From: Octopus sinensis
Lineage: Eukaryota
Length of the DNA stretch: 64,000 bases
Assembly: GCF_006345805.1 (NCBI RefSeq)
Contig: NW_021835990.1
Coordinates: 62,001-126,000, forward strand
Direction of reading: 5' to 3'
The translations under genes and the position numbers were made by a program. Below are positions 1 through 12,844 of this stretch, in pieces; positions within the stretch are counted from its first letter, which is position 1; each line of letters starts with the position of its first letter. Under the pieces are notes generated by a model. It saw nothing but the letters and a program-made list of their open reading frames with translations, had not been told where the DNA came from and did no database searches.

Positions 1-1230
1 ACTCCAATTGAACATCAATGGAATAAGAGGGAAAGTTCTTGAATTATGGACATACCTCAAAAAACACAACATCGATGTAGCTGCCTCGCAAGAAACCAGA
101 TTAACACTTTTTTCTATTACTCCCTCATTCCCGGGATATAACTGTATCCGTTTGGACCGGCTAAACCGACTTGGCGGGGGCCTTCTGTTCATTATCAAAA
201 ACGGTTTGCACTATACGGACTCCACAGATGACCTCAAGGCGACAATTCACGACGGCGAAATATCTGGAATTACCTTGAATACTAAATTCGGAAAGACTAC
301 TATTGCCAACATATATGTTGCACCCCTCCGTCTTGTCCAAAGGGATTCAACCAAAACTTCTCAAAGCTATCCAATTTAAAGAACCTTTTAATTTGCGGAG
401 ACTTGAACGCAAAGCACCCGACTTGGTTTAAATCCCAACGGGCAGACTTAAGAGGATGGTCTCTATTGTAACAACTCTCTGTCATGTCTCTGCCAAGACC
501 CACACTAGGACACCTTATAGGATACCGAACGCTTAACATCTCCAAACATTACACTATCTTCAACTAACTTATGCTCAGCCATTTCATGGTTAGTAGACTA
601 CGATCTTAATTCAGATTACAATCCAATCATCAGGATTAAGAAAGCCTTTCCCCATATGAACAAAACTATGTCCTTTTTCAATTACAAGAGCGCAAACTGG
701 GAGGGATATACTAACTTCACCGACGCAATGCTGCAAAACTTTGATACTAAACTGTTCAAATCAATCGACGGAGCTGTCAAGTGCCTAAATGAAGTGATCT
801 TGTTGGGTAGAAAACTATTTACTCTAAAATGCACTTACTATCACTTCGACGAAAATCTGGGCTAGGAGACAAAAATTCTTATCAGAAAAAGGAACTTTCT
901 TAAAAAGAATCTAGTTTCTATTCCCGGCGGAAGAAAAGAAATAAAGAACCTCAACAATACCATCGCTAAGAAACTTGAGGCATCCCAAAGAAGAAGATGA
1001 GAAAATCAAAACGCTTGGAAAAGAAAAATAGAGCCATCTCACTTTTATGTTCAATTGCAAAGATTCTTAAAAAACTAATTCTCGAAAAACTAAAATTAAT
1101 ATAACTACTTGGACTTGATTCCAACAACCTTGCTAAAGCACCTTGGTCCCATCGGAATTGATGCAGTGATAAACTTTTTCAACTATTCCGTTAACCAGAA
1201 TCAAATACCAAATATATGGAAAAATTCTGT
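1..1230 (+). mobile_element. Degraded Jockey/I-like non-LTR retrotransposon (AP endonuclease plus start of RT)
   Basis: ORF 8..379 has the APE N-terminus (NINGIRGK, DVAASQETRL). A shifted frame gives ICGDLNAKHPTW, and 1109.. gives LLKHLG...IPNIWKNS, typical of the region just before RT. Frameshifted and internally deleted. Confidence 0.85.
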
Positions 1231-3405
1231 TGGACTCTGGACCCAACGCAAGTGCGGGACGGGCGGGGAGAACAAATCAGGCAGAAATGTCACACAAATT
1301 ATTTTAAATTGAAAGTATTAAAAAAGTTTTTATAAAATTCTATTTCGACTGAGTTCATTTAATGCTAGTGAAAAAGTATTTAACTGTTGGCTCATTTTGT
1401 GTAAATTACTTTTGGCTCAAAATCGGTGTTGAAATGTCATTTTGTAAAACGAATCAAATAAGATTGATCCATTGTTATTTTACAGTAAATATTTAATTTT
1501 GATTATATTAAATATATGATTTATTTTAAATGTAAAAATAAATCAGTGAAATGGACCTTCATCCGAGTAGTGAGTAAAATTTCAATTTATTAAACAGTAA
1601 AATTCTTAAAATGTTCAGCAAAAAATAATGACTGGGGACAGAAAGCTCCTGATAGTTTAGTCTCCAAACTTGCAGAAGCCGGGAACCACGTTTCTATTGA
1701 TAACGGAGTCCCTTATGTTCTCACTTTTTTGCTCTTTGTGGATTCCGTCCTTACATGGAAATTGTCGACAACTTGTCAGGTTCATTTATTATTCTTTGAC
1801 GAATTTAGAACTTCCTGAATTTACTAATCTAATAGGAGAGGATAATTCAAATAATTTTGTTTCCAATCCTTCGATAGAAACGTGGAGATGCTGTTTTTCC
1901 AATCTCGTGGACAGAACTAAAAATTCTCTCGAGGTTGTCAAATTTGCACAAAATTCTATTTTGTGTCGGATTAAAAGGAATTTATCAGACAAGGACATGT
2001 GTATTTAAATATAGTTTATTGTTTTTAGCCATTTGGGACGCTTTGATTGGTTTCAGTGGTTGACATTGCACTTTGATGGCGATGTGGGATGTTTTGCGGT
2101 GTTTATTATGAATATCGTAAAAATGGAACCAAACGATTGTATTTTCCTTGATTGTGATGTCGACAATCTTTGTCGTCTTGTGGAATACTTTTCTTTTGAC
2201 TTCCAGAAACAAATGATCATTCCATTTGATGGAATTTATACCCCACCATCGCGAGAGTTTGCACTCGAGAGGATTATGGTCTCATTTTTTAATATTTTTA
2301 GATATTTAAAGGTGGTAGTAAAAATATAACTGCTTTGTCGTCTATTTCGATCTGTCTGGTTTTGTCGGGGTCTGGCGAGATTTCCAATTTGTCGGAAATA
2401 ATGAAAATCTCCAAGGGCTCTGTTTTTATTGATTCTGCAGAGTCGCAATTGTTATTAGAAGCCAAGAATGAAGACTGCTGTGTGTTTCGCGCATTCGTCA
2501 ATCTGTCATGATTATTCTTATTACTTATAATTACTAACACAATTTATTGTTGATAACACATATTGGCTAGTCGATGAGATTTAAATTTGTTTTAGAAACT
2601 TTGTATAAACTTGATTTATTTATTCGACATATTCAAGCATACTTCAAATATATTGAGTTTTTTAAATTTATGAAAATACAATTATTCAAGAAATACTTTT
2701 TTGAATGTTAACTATGTGAGTATCGTAGCATTTTTTGGTACAAACATTACTAGTTTGTTAATATTTTTTAACATGAACATATTGTGTACAAATGCTATCA
2801 AATAGTATTTATCACCACCTTTAGACGTATTTTAGAAAAAAAGTAATTATTACTGGCCGTTCATAAAGATTTAAGGACTGATATTGATAAAAGACATTGA
2901 CTTTGACAAGGGAATTGTCGACGGACTTAATGTTTAAACAAGCTATATTTTTGACAGTTCTGAGTTCTTGTGAGATAAAGTTTAAAAAACTGGGGGTCAC
3001 AACAAAATTAAATAAAGTTTGAACAAAACGTCTGCGAAAGGGAGGATATGTAGTGATGAATTTTTTGAGAATATTCCTCGATGATTTTTAGAGCCAATAG
3101 ACTCTGTGTATATATACAGTGGGGCAGATAAGTCATATTTAATTTGACGTGTTTTATAATGATTACTATGAATTCAAAATAAATATCATTGAAACTCACT
3201 TTAATTAAAAAATGCCAAATTTTATGTAGAAAAAATGATGGGACTTAAAAGAAATATAAATTTTTTCTGCAATAAGATATGAATGACTATCTATTTGTAG
3301 CTTCTTTTTTCTTTAAATGATTGATTAGCCGTAATTTCAATAAAATTGATTAATAGATTATGATTCTTTTAAATACAATTTATTTTTCACTCATTATTAA
3401 AATTA

Positions 3406-3720
3406 TCATGTCGACAAGAAAAGAGCATTCTTTGGATCTAAAACAATGAGTTGTAATGACCTACCAAAGAGGCACAAATTATGAAAAAATTTCTAAATTG
3501 CTGATATTACCAAAAAGTACTGTTTGGAATATTATTACCCGATGGAAACAAAAAGAACTGTCATTAATCAACCAAGATCGGAATAACTCAACGTTCTTGC
3601 TCATTAATGAAAAGAATAGTCGGTACAAAATTAAGAATTACTCAAAAAGAATTGGCTGATGATTTAAAGATGACAGGAACATTATTATCCTTTCCTACAA
3701 TTACTTCTACAGGACGCAAT
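3406..3720 (+). mobile_element. Tc1 transposase N-terminal remnant
   Basis: MSTRKEHSLDLK*..YEKISKLLILPKSTVWNIITRWK is a paired-like HTH of Tc1 transposases. Contains stops. Confidence 0.7.
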
Positions 3721-4804
3721 GGAGGTATGTAATTATGGATATGTCTGGACTTGTTTTAGACATTCTTGATTGAGTTCTTTTTAACTTGGTATACGTTTCT
3801 GGTATTTAAATATTTTTTAAAAAATTTATTTAAAATAATAATAAACTACTCATAATTTGTTTATGTCGCTTTGTGGTCTGTAATTTTGATTCTAATGTTA
3901 GATCAAATAGCAGGGCAGAAAAGATTAATTGACCTGTTTGACTCATCTATCAGTAAAAGGGTCATTTCTAAACTTAAATTAACAAAAGGTTTTTTCATAA
4001 ATGACAATATTTATTCTTTAATAGATCCCATTGTACCTAAAGTTGATATAAGTGAATCTGAACTGGACGTTTTGGTCGATCATGCATTTTTAAAAGTATT
4101 TAAAGGACTGCAAAAAATACGAATCGACAACACTATTAAATATATAGATAGTTGTGCTTGTAGTGGTGATACTGACCACAGTGAAGATCCGGCGAGTAAG
4201 GATCCCACTTTGTCTTCAAAACTCTCAAATATGGAGGAATTTCGTCGATTAAAGATGAAGGTGTAGTTTTTTGAAATACTTTTAATTATAGTATATAAGG
4301 TTTTTAAATAATGATGATTCTTCCCAGGACTTCGTTGTACATGATTTGGGTGGGTTATTTGAGAATTTATTTTTAGATGAGTCTTAAAATACACCCATTG
4401 ATGAAGGTATTGAATTAATTTTATCTTTCCAGTAATAATAATTTTTTTGATAAAGTTTTGATATAAATTGGTATTTTTAATTTTAGAAAACTATTTATCT
4501 TCGGATATGTTTGAATTATTTTTAAACTTACATATGTTTTGTTTAATTTAGAAAGACGTTCTTTTTCATTTAAAGAAACGTTAAAAAATCTAATTTTAAT
4601 AATTAGTTGTGACCCTGAAAAATTCATAAAATTAATTTGTATTTCTGACAGTTTTTTTTGTAAAGTTTCTAAATTTCTTCAAGAAAATATTTTAATAAAT
4701 TATTAATTATCTTAGTGAACTTGTTTCTAGTAAATTTAGATATCGCTACTTTTTTAATCCGTCCAGCAGGTTGGCCCCTATCTTAATAAAAAACTGACAT
4801 TGTG

Positions 4805-5002
4805 TCACTTTTTTCCAAGAAGCTCAAGTTGTCGAAAAATAAGAAGAAACAAAAATTTTTTAACCAGTATTGACTGATACTCTCCAGTTTGAAATTGATG
4901 ATATTTTAAACTTAATGGTCTATTCTGAATGTCAAGAATTAAAAAAAAAAATTCCAGCAAATCATCATGATTGACGGAATTAAAAACTTTTCTCATGTCC
5001 AT
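4805..5002 (-). mobile_element. Short non-LTR RT remnant
   Basis: DMRKVFNSVNHDDLL resembles the RT motif D(L/M)xKAFDSVxH. Confidence 0.4.
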
Positions 5003-5587
5003 TCATGTACAAATAATCTGCATGTGCTCTGTCCACAGAGCTGCATTCACACCCTGACAGTGTCTTTTAGTACTAAACTGAGACTAAATCAGAATATTTG
5101 GAAATTTTTTTATAAAAGCTGTCGTAAATGAGAATATTCTGAATAGCTGTCGAAGTAATATTGATATTTAATTCACTCTATAATTTCAACAAGTTAAAGT
5201 GGAAAAATACATAATACAACCTGTTAGCAAGAATTTGAATTATTTATTATATGAAAATACAACACCCGATCTACTCAGTCTAAATTGCATATGGATTAAC
5301 CATTCTGGGATCCCTAGAAGGCTCTAAAAGAATGATAATATTCGATTAAGATCATAAGTTTTACCTAAAACTATTAAAAAGTATACAATTTCTAACAATT
5401 CTTATAAATTTTTATTATTTGAACCTACAATAATGTTCCATGTCTAATTAAATGGTTTTTATGTTCAAAAAATTGATAGAAATTACAAACAAATTATTCA
5501 AAAAATAAATCGGCCAAATAATTTCGAAACTAGACGATCAAGATTTTATCGATATGAATCTTAAATTGTGAATCTTAAATTCGGTAA

Positions 5588-7104
5588 GGGGACTTGTATG
5601 GACTGGAAGGTCGTGTCCGCAGTATTACCGACCAGACCGTCCTCCTCGAGACCATGCACGGAGAACTGACCGTGATTTTGACTGTTTTGACATACCAGGA
5701 CAAGACAGTGGAAGTACATATATCAGAACTGAGCAAACTAATCAAGATTGGAGACTCAGTGAAGGTCATTCGAGGGGATTTTGTGGGGGATACTGGCATA
5801 GTGTTGCATGTGGATGGACGAAATGTGTTTATCCTATCAGACTCCACTCAACGGGAGGTTTTGGGTTGTATAATGTCAGTTGGAGACATCTTTGAATGAA
5901 ATTCAGTTGAGTAGTGAGAGTCGTAGGGGAGTCCTTAGTTCAGGGATGTTCAAAATTGGGGAATTGGTTCAAATCGAGTACAATTGAGTGTTTCATTGGT
6001 AGACCGCAGCTTGTGGGGGTTATAACTCGACTGGAACGTCAAAACTTTGTGATTCTTAATCAGTTCGGAAAGGTGGATTTTCAGAGGTGATTTTAGATTG
6101 TTAAGAAAAAGAACAATTCGATAACAGTGAGGAAAGTGAGTGCCAATGCAGTGACTTTGGACTCGGATAACCAGGCAATAACAGTGGCCAGTTCGGTCAA
6201 AGTCATCAAAGGGCCTTTGGATGTAAGTATATTACGTAATCAGTAGAATGAGACGGGAACAGTTACATGTATATACAAGAATTATGTGTTTGTCAAGTCA
6301 TCCAATCTGCGACATAATTCTGGGATATTTGTGGTGGTTGGACGGAATCTGCGTCGGATGGTTGGTAGTGAGTGTTAGTCGGGGGTTGGACAGTGAGGCA
6401 CGGAGGAATGCAGTCAAGGGTAAACTGGGTGGTTTTGGGTCTCCATTCCCGATGGCCTCGCCAATGCACTACGCCACCGCATCTACCAAAGTGGGGTCTC
6501 AGAGGAATGTGAGGGATCGTCGTCTTATTGGGAATGCCGTCATGATCATTAAAGGACCACTGAAAGGGAATATTGGTATCATTAAGGACGCGAGTGAAAA
6601 GACTGCACAAGTTGAGCTTCACTGTAGTTGTCGTACCATCAATGTGGATCGTGGCAATTTAATGGCCATTTGTGCCACTAATGATAACTCCTATGATTTG
6701 TCCACACAAGAAGGCAAAACGTTGTCGATTACTCCCACTGTGAGCAATATTCCTGTCCGTGTGGGGGGAAGGACTCCTTTATATCCGCAGACCCCGTCCT
6801 ATCCCCAGACTCCGTCATATCCGCAGACACCATCCTATCCACAAACACCGATGATAGAGACAGAGGAAGGAGCAACCCCTCATCATTTGATGGAGGAGGG
6901 CATGTCTAATTCGTATTGGCTGTGTATGTTAAATTGTAGAGTTCAGTCGAGTCCTGCTACATTTGAGAGAATTATTGGCAGTCCCCATTGGATACTCCAT
7001 GTTTGTGTTTTTTAATATTGTTGTAGCTCATCTACTATTTGCTCAAGACTTTGACACCTTATTCTACTGGGTCGGTTTCCTCTAAACAAAAGTCTGCAGA
7101 TTAA
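5588..7104 (+). CDS. SUPT5H: Transcription elongation factor SPT5, KOW2-KOW5 and short CTR; acidic, NGN and KOW1 regions not found in window; multi-exon
   Basis: GLEGRVRSI (KOW2), IGDSVKVIRGDFVGDTG (KOW3), RLIGNAVMIIKGPLKGNIGIIKDASEKTAQVELH (KOW5), and TP-rich repeats. Interrupted by 22-27 nt GT..AG introns. The 3' end is tentative. Confidence 0.92.
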
Positions 7105-7656
7105 TAATTAATTAATTGTAATTTTAATTTTCATTCTTTTATTTTTGTTAAGAACAGTTTCTCTGACTTTTTTTCTTGTGTATTAATTATCTATTTTTAA
7201 AAAATTAAGAAAAAAAATTATTCGATTAATGACTGATAGGTTTGGATTCGTTGACAAACAACACACCCGATCCTAAACATTTGGTTTGATTTTAAATTGA
7301 ACAGTAAAGAAAATTTTTGTTCGCAAAAATATGTTGTTGGAAACAAAATCAAAAAATAAATTATAAATAATCCACTGTTTCGATATTCCCAGATCATCAT
7401 TTTGCACGAAAATTTAATTAATAGTGCAGATTTGAATAAGTTTTTGACTTGTAAGAATATATTAATTTAATAAATTCTTGGATATTTGAGCATCAACAGA
7501 AAAGTCTCACAATATTCACATTATTTTCAAAAGAAACCCTATTTTTCTAAATTATACCCCTTCACATTTTTATTGACAGATTGTACACACTAACTCGGAA
7601 ACTAGTCTTACATCTAAGAATCAGAAGTGCTATAAAAAATTTCCACAATATAACTA

Positions 7657-9113
7657 CAGTGCTGGTAGAAAAAAACCGGTTTTGCAGTTACTAACTTTTT
7701 TTTTGGCGGATAGCATTTATTTTTTTAACTGAATTGAACTCTTTGTAGTTGATTAGATTTATAATTTTTTTATTTATAAAAAATTCCATTAATCTTTAAA
7801 ATTCTGAAGATTTAAATTTTAGAGTGTGAATAAAAAACCGGTTTTCATTATTGAGTGATATTTAGTAGTTGAATTTTTAGTTTTATAAGCAAATGTTGAA
7901 TAAAATAATTAAAGGGAAGATTCTTGCTCTTTATGAGTTAAATTGGACGATAAAAGATATCGCAGATCATCTAAATACTCCAAAATCGACAATCGGAGAT
8001 TTTCTTCGAAAATTCAAAAAATATGGAACTATTGATAGGACTCCTGTTCTGGACGTCCTAAAAAGCTTCAAAAAACAGACGTTGAAATTTTATTGCATCT
8101 TGTTGAGTGCGATCCAAAAAAATCTTCTAACACGTTGAGGAATGAAATAAATTATTTAACTAGTAAGAGTGTCTGTAAAAAGACAATTGGAACTTATTTA
8201 AATTCCAATTTTCTCTTCGGAAGAGTATGTCAACGTAAACCGTTGCTTTCGAAGAAAAACATAATAAAAAGATATGAATTGTCCAAAATTTTTATTCGGA
8301 TGAACAATGACGCCATGGAAAACTATTATTTTCTCTGATGAAGCATCTTTTCAGATTTTTCATACTAAAAAAGGCAATACAGTTATCGAAAAAAAGTTCA
8401 CGTTATGAATTGAGCCATATTACGCCGACAGTAAAATTTGGTGGAGGCAGTGGTTATGGTTTGGGGCTGTATCTCCTATCAAGGAGTGGGAAATTTAGTT
8501 TTTGTTAATGGAACCTCAATTCCGCTATATATATAAATGTAATAACGAATAATTTGTTCGTTTCGGCGCGAAAAATGGGACTAAATCAGTTCATTCTCCA
8601 ACAAGATTTGGCTCCCTGTCATCAATCTGCTTTGACAACCAAGTTTTTTGAAGAAAATAAAGTTCCAATTCTTGATTGGGCTCCGCAATCTCCAGACATG
8701 AACCCAATGGAACATGTTTGGGGCATGATGAAGCAGAAGTATTCTTTAGATCCTGCAAAAAATTAACTGAATCTGGAAGTCAAATTAACAAAAATTTGGA
8801 ACGAATTGCCGTCTGAAAGTATTCAGAAGTTAATTGATAGTATGCCTAACAGGTCATACGAGCTATTTATTAATCGAGGATATCACACATCATATTAACT
8901 GTTGATTTTGTTAACTCTTTTGTTAAAACCGGTTTTTTATTCACAAGCAAAAATTTAAATTTTTAAAATTTCCGCCGATTATTGAAATTTTTTAAAAGTA
9001 AAAAGATTATACATATAATCAACTTCAAACTCTTTATTTCATTTAGAAAATTAATAGCTATCCGCCAAAAAAAGTTAGTAACTGCAAAACCGGTTTTTTT
9101 TCTACCAGCACTG
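7657..9113 (+). mobile_element. Full-length Tc1 (DD34E) element with frameshifted transposase (~7893-8898)
   Basis: TIRs CAGTGCTGGTAGAAAAAAACCGGTTTTGCAG at both ends, with TA at 7655-56 and 9114-15. Motifs FSDEASF, QQDLAPCH, SPDMNPMEHVW. Confidence 0.95.
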
Positions 9114-9244
9114 TATCATAGATAAAAATCAAAAATGTATTCTGTTTGAAAAAAGTAATCAAATCCATCGTCAATATCGGCACCTTTTATGTTTTAAAAT
9201 AAGGAAAATAACAAAATGTAGAGTTATTAATTTAGTATATTGAG

Positions 9245-9392
9245 TCATTATGCTCACCGAAAAAGGACCAATAGCTCTCCTACCCCCTGGGACATCGTCG
9301 TCGCAGGACGATGCACTTTGCATAGGATTGAACCTTTCCGGAGGATCTCCGTCGAAGTGCGTCGGGATCACACGCTAATTAGTTTGGTCTTA
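9245..9392 (-). repeat. Dispersed structured repeat, copy A (related to 62722-62890)
   Basis: Shares GGAGATCCT..GAAAGGTTCAATCC, ACGACGATGTCCCAGGG and GTCCTTTTTCGGT blocks with copy B. Both copies adjoin a (TTTA)n run and AAGACCAAAC. Confidence 0.75.
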
Positions 9393-9469
9393 ACTGTGGT
9401 CTTATGGTTAAATAAATAAATTAATTTACAAATAAGTTTATTGAAAAGATAAGGATAGTTTTAATTATT

Positions 9470-11365
9470 TTTGATCTGATAAATTATTGGAAACAATACG
9501 AGTAATTAGTTTATTCCATTTCCCGCGATCTTGGGCGACGTCCCGTAGTGCATTGAGATCGTCCCCGTCCTTTAATTCTTAACCAGCCCTCTTTAGGTCT
9601 CTATCTAGCGTACCCGGGAGAGTATTTCTTGGTCGCCCACAGAAACGATGGCCCCCAGCTTCGAAATAGTCCTCCATAGCGGCGTTTGCCGGTGCATCCA
9701 AATCCATCCTTAGAATATGTCCAAACAGCCTCCATCTGCATTCGGTAATTTCGAGTGAGATTGGTTTGCTTGATGTTCTGGCATAAACTGTTCTGCTACT
9801 CAGCCTTGAATGCCACTTGGAGGCTAGAGTACGTCGGAGGTGATCTCTATAGAAAGAGTCTAGGTTGTCTTTGTCTGTAGCGGAAAGTCCCCAAGTTCCG
9901 GCGTTATATAGGAGTATTGGCTTCACTAGTGAATTGTATAGTCGTATCCGTGTTTTTGTGCTGAGTCCTTTGCGTTTTACCCAATTTTCCTTTAAGCTGC
10001 GTAGTGCACTGTTTGCATGTGTTTTCCGAATAATCACGTCTTGTTCATCCCCCAATAGAGATCCGAGTTTCTTTACTTTTCTCCAATGTTCGTCCAGCTT
10101 AGACTTCTGTCTTGCTAGTTCAGTAAATTCTGTTTTCTCCACATTTACAATGAGGAACCACTCAGCAAGTCTATTTGGCATCACCTCCAATAGGCTTTCC
10201 ACTCCCTTGTCCCGGCACAATTTCTGTGAGGGCACGGTGGTGGTGTTTTATGCCCTGTAACCCCGAGGTTTCTTCTCAAGATTTCATTAAATGGGGCGAT
10301 GAGTAGTTGTTCGTTCGGTCCTTGTAGTGCTTTTCGGAAGCGATCTTGAGTTTTCTCGATTTTAACGCGGTTCGTTCCACTGATAAACCCTCCCCCCCAG
10401 AGTTTGGGGAATGATTGATTTGCTTCCACACTTCCCAAATACGTATCAAGGCATTTCCTATAGTTATCTCCCATTTGTTGTATTGAGAGTCCAATTAGGT
10501 CGAGTATTCTCTTCCTAAGGATATCCTGCCTCCCTTTGATATTTGTTTTGTTTTTGTTTAGATGTTTATTCTTGCAATGACCATTTTGTGGTCACTGTCA
10601 ATGTTTGACCACCATATGACCTTGCGTCAGTAAAAAGAGCTTTGCCTTTAGATCGATAGATCATATAATCTATCTGGTTGTAAATGTTTATAAATTCGCC
10701 GTATAAATTCTTCCTAAACCCCGTCCAAGTAGTTTTGTGTCTTGCATGAATGCAGTGTTGCAAATGAATAGACCGTTTGCCTGACAAAAATCGGCAAGTA
10801 ATGTTCCTGCCACGTTCCTTATTCCCCTCTTGTGTTTTCTCATAAAGGTTTCATCTGGGTTTCTTCGTAATCCCACTTTGGCGTTAAGGTCGCCAGCAAT
10901 GATAGTTATTGACGAGTGAACAAGTTCAGAATAAGCTTCAGACAGACAAGAGTAGAACAAGTCTATCTTAGTGGGGTCTTTTTCAATCCATCCACTGTGG
11001 GGTGCGTATACGTTTATAACGGATAGTAAGCTTTTAGATGGGCAAAGCTTATTCATGCTGATCTGAAGTACACAAATCCGATCATTTATGCTCCAACAGC
11101 GATGAACCATTGGTTTCAATTCCTTCTTTATTACAAATCCTTGGCCAAAGTGTCTGCATTCACTTCGGAATAAGATGAAGTGATAGCCCGACAGTTCCTC
11201 TTCTAATCCCCCATGCAGTTTTGTCTCCTGTAAACATCCAACAGAGACTTTGTATCTTTTCAGATCTTCGCACAATGCTGTTCTTTTCCAAGATTTAGCG
11301 ATTCCTCTGACATTAAACGAGAGTAGCGAAAAAGGTGTTAGTTTCCTGGGCTTTTTAGACTCCAT
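9470..11365 (-). mobile_element. RTE-clade non-LTR retrotransposon, internally deleted and frameshifted
   Basis: APE (SFNVRG, VGCLQETKL, VYAPHS, IAGDLNAKVG) and the RTE C-terminus (RLYNSLVKPILLYNAGTW, WRLFGHILRM, GRPRNT). Confidence 0.9.
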
Positions 11366-12072
11366 CTTTAAAGAACCACGTCACAAGTTCAACCGAAAAA
11401 GTAAAAAAAATTATTTCTGAATAATATTGGAAAATCTAAGAAAATTAAAATTGTGTTTGTACGATTTAATTAAACCTTGATCTAGTGGTTGCAAAACAAC
11501 GTTGTATCCCGTGGTAAAGATATTATTTAATTTTGGTTTAATTTAATTAAAACTCAATGTAAATGTTATAAAATTCACCGGTACTTTTCTATTTCATGAA
11601 TCACGAAAATAGGCACTTAAAAATTCCATGCTTTTTTAGAATTAGAATATGTGACATATTGTTTAATAGCAAAACTTTTGAAACGTCTATAATTTTTAAA
11701 TATCCCGATTAATAAGGGTGCTCGTTTATCCATACCATCCACATTTGTACATTACATGACTAAAACTCTGTTTTTAATACTTTATAGCCCGATATAAGAT
11801 TTTTAAAAACACTTTTGAACGGTATCATTTTGTAAAATAAGCCAGTTTCGTTGACATTATAAACAATTTGAACACCTTAGAGGTCAATTTCATTTTTGAT
11901 TAATTTAATAAAATTTAGGGTCAAAATTTAAAGTTGAAGATTCTCCATGGATATTTTGTAACTTTAAACCATTCCTCTTTTTAAATTTGACAAGCCACCT
12001 ATTGCTTTTTAAAATCATTGAATCTTTGTTTCAAAGCAAATATTTTGGCTTTCTTAGTAATAATTTTATTTC

Positions 12073-12745
12073 TGGACGATAATTCAATTTTGTTTAAAGC
12101 AAAGAACATTGCTAATATTTATGGAATTAAAAAGTTTAAAGCCAGCAATGAATGGCTAAGCAAGTTCAAGATACGGAACAACTTAAAATTGAGGACTTTA
12201 CATGGAGAATCAGGATCTACTGCAGTTGATCAGAAACAAGAAATTGATGCATTTACTTCTTTGATCTCTGCAAAGATTCAACAATAGAATGCTGAAAACA
12301 TTTATAACGCTGATGAAACTGGGATTTTTTTCAAATCTATCCCTTCAAAAAGTGTTTGTCAGAAGGTTTGATATGTACATAAAATCCTTAAAGAACGATT
12401 TAATTTTAATTTATTTTTCAGATTTTCTTTGTTGCTATGCTCAAATATGACTGGGATAGACAAATTCGTTGGAACTAATCGACACCGTTATTAGAAATAT
12501 GGCTGAATTAAAAAAAATATTAAAGATTTTTTTAGTTAATTTTTCCTTTTAATTTCTTTCGATTCTCTTTGTTTCTTTGCTCAAATATGACTTGGAAGGC
12601 TCATTATGATCGGAAAGTATCGAAAACCGAGATGTTTTTAAAATTTCAAAATCAAATTTATTGATTATTTCCATTGCTCGCCAAATTCTATTGCTTGCCA
12701 TTTTTTCTTCGGTCCCGAAAATGGCGAGCACCAGAGGTTTTACTG
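12073..12745 (+). mobile_element. pogo/Tigger element, partial copy with right TIR
   Basis: FKASNEWLSKFKIRNN..LHGES (CENP-B HTH), NIYNADETG and LLCSNMTG. Ends GGCGAGCACCAGAGGTTTTACTG followed by TA. Near-identical to 31478-32756. Confidence 0.9.
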
Positions 12746-12844
12746 TAGTTAAATTAGCTATTCTAAAACACTACAAAGTATTGTTAAAATCAATTATTTT
12801 CATAACAAAATTCAACTTTTTCTGCAAGCATATGTTTAACAATG

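Noticed and set aside
1670-4630. Several 60-130 aa ORFs as genes
   Set aside because: No recognisable domain or consistent exon chain.
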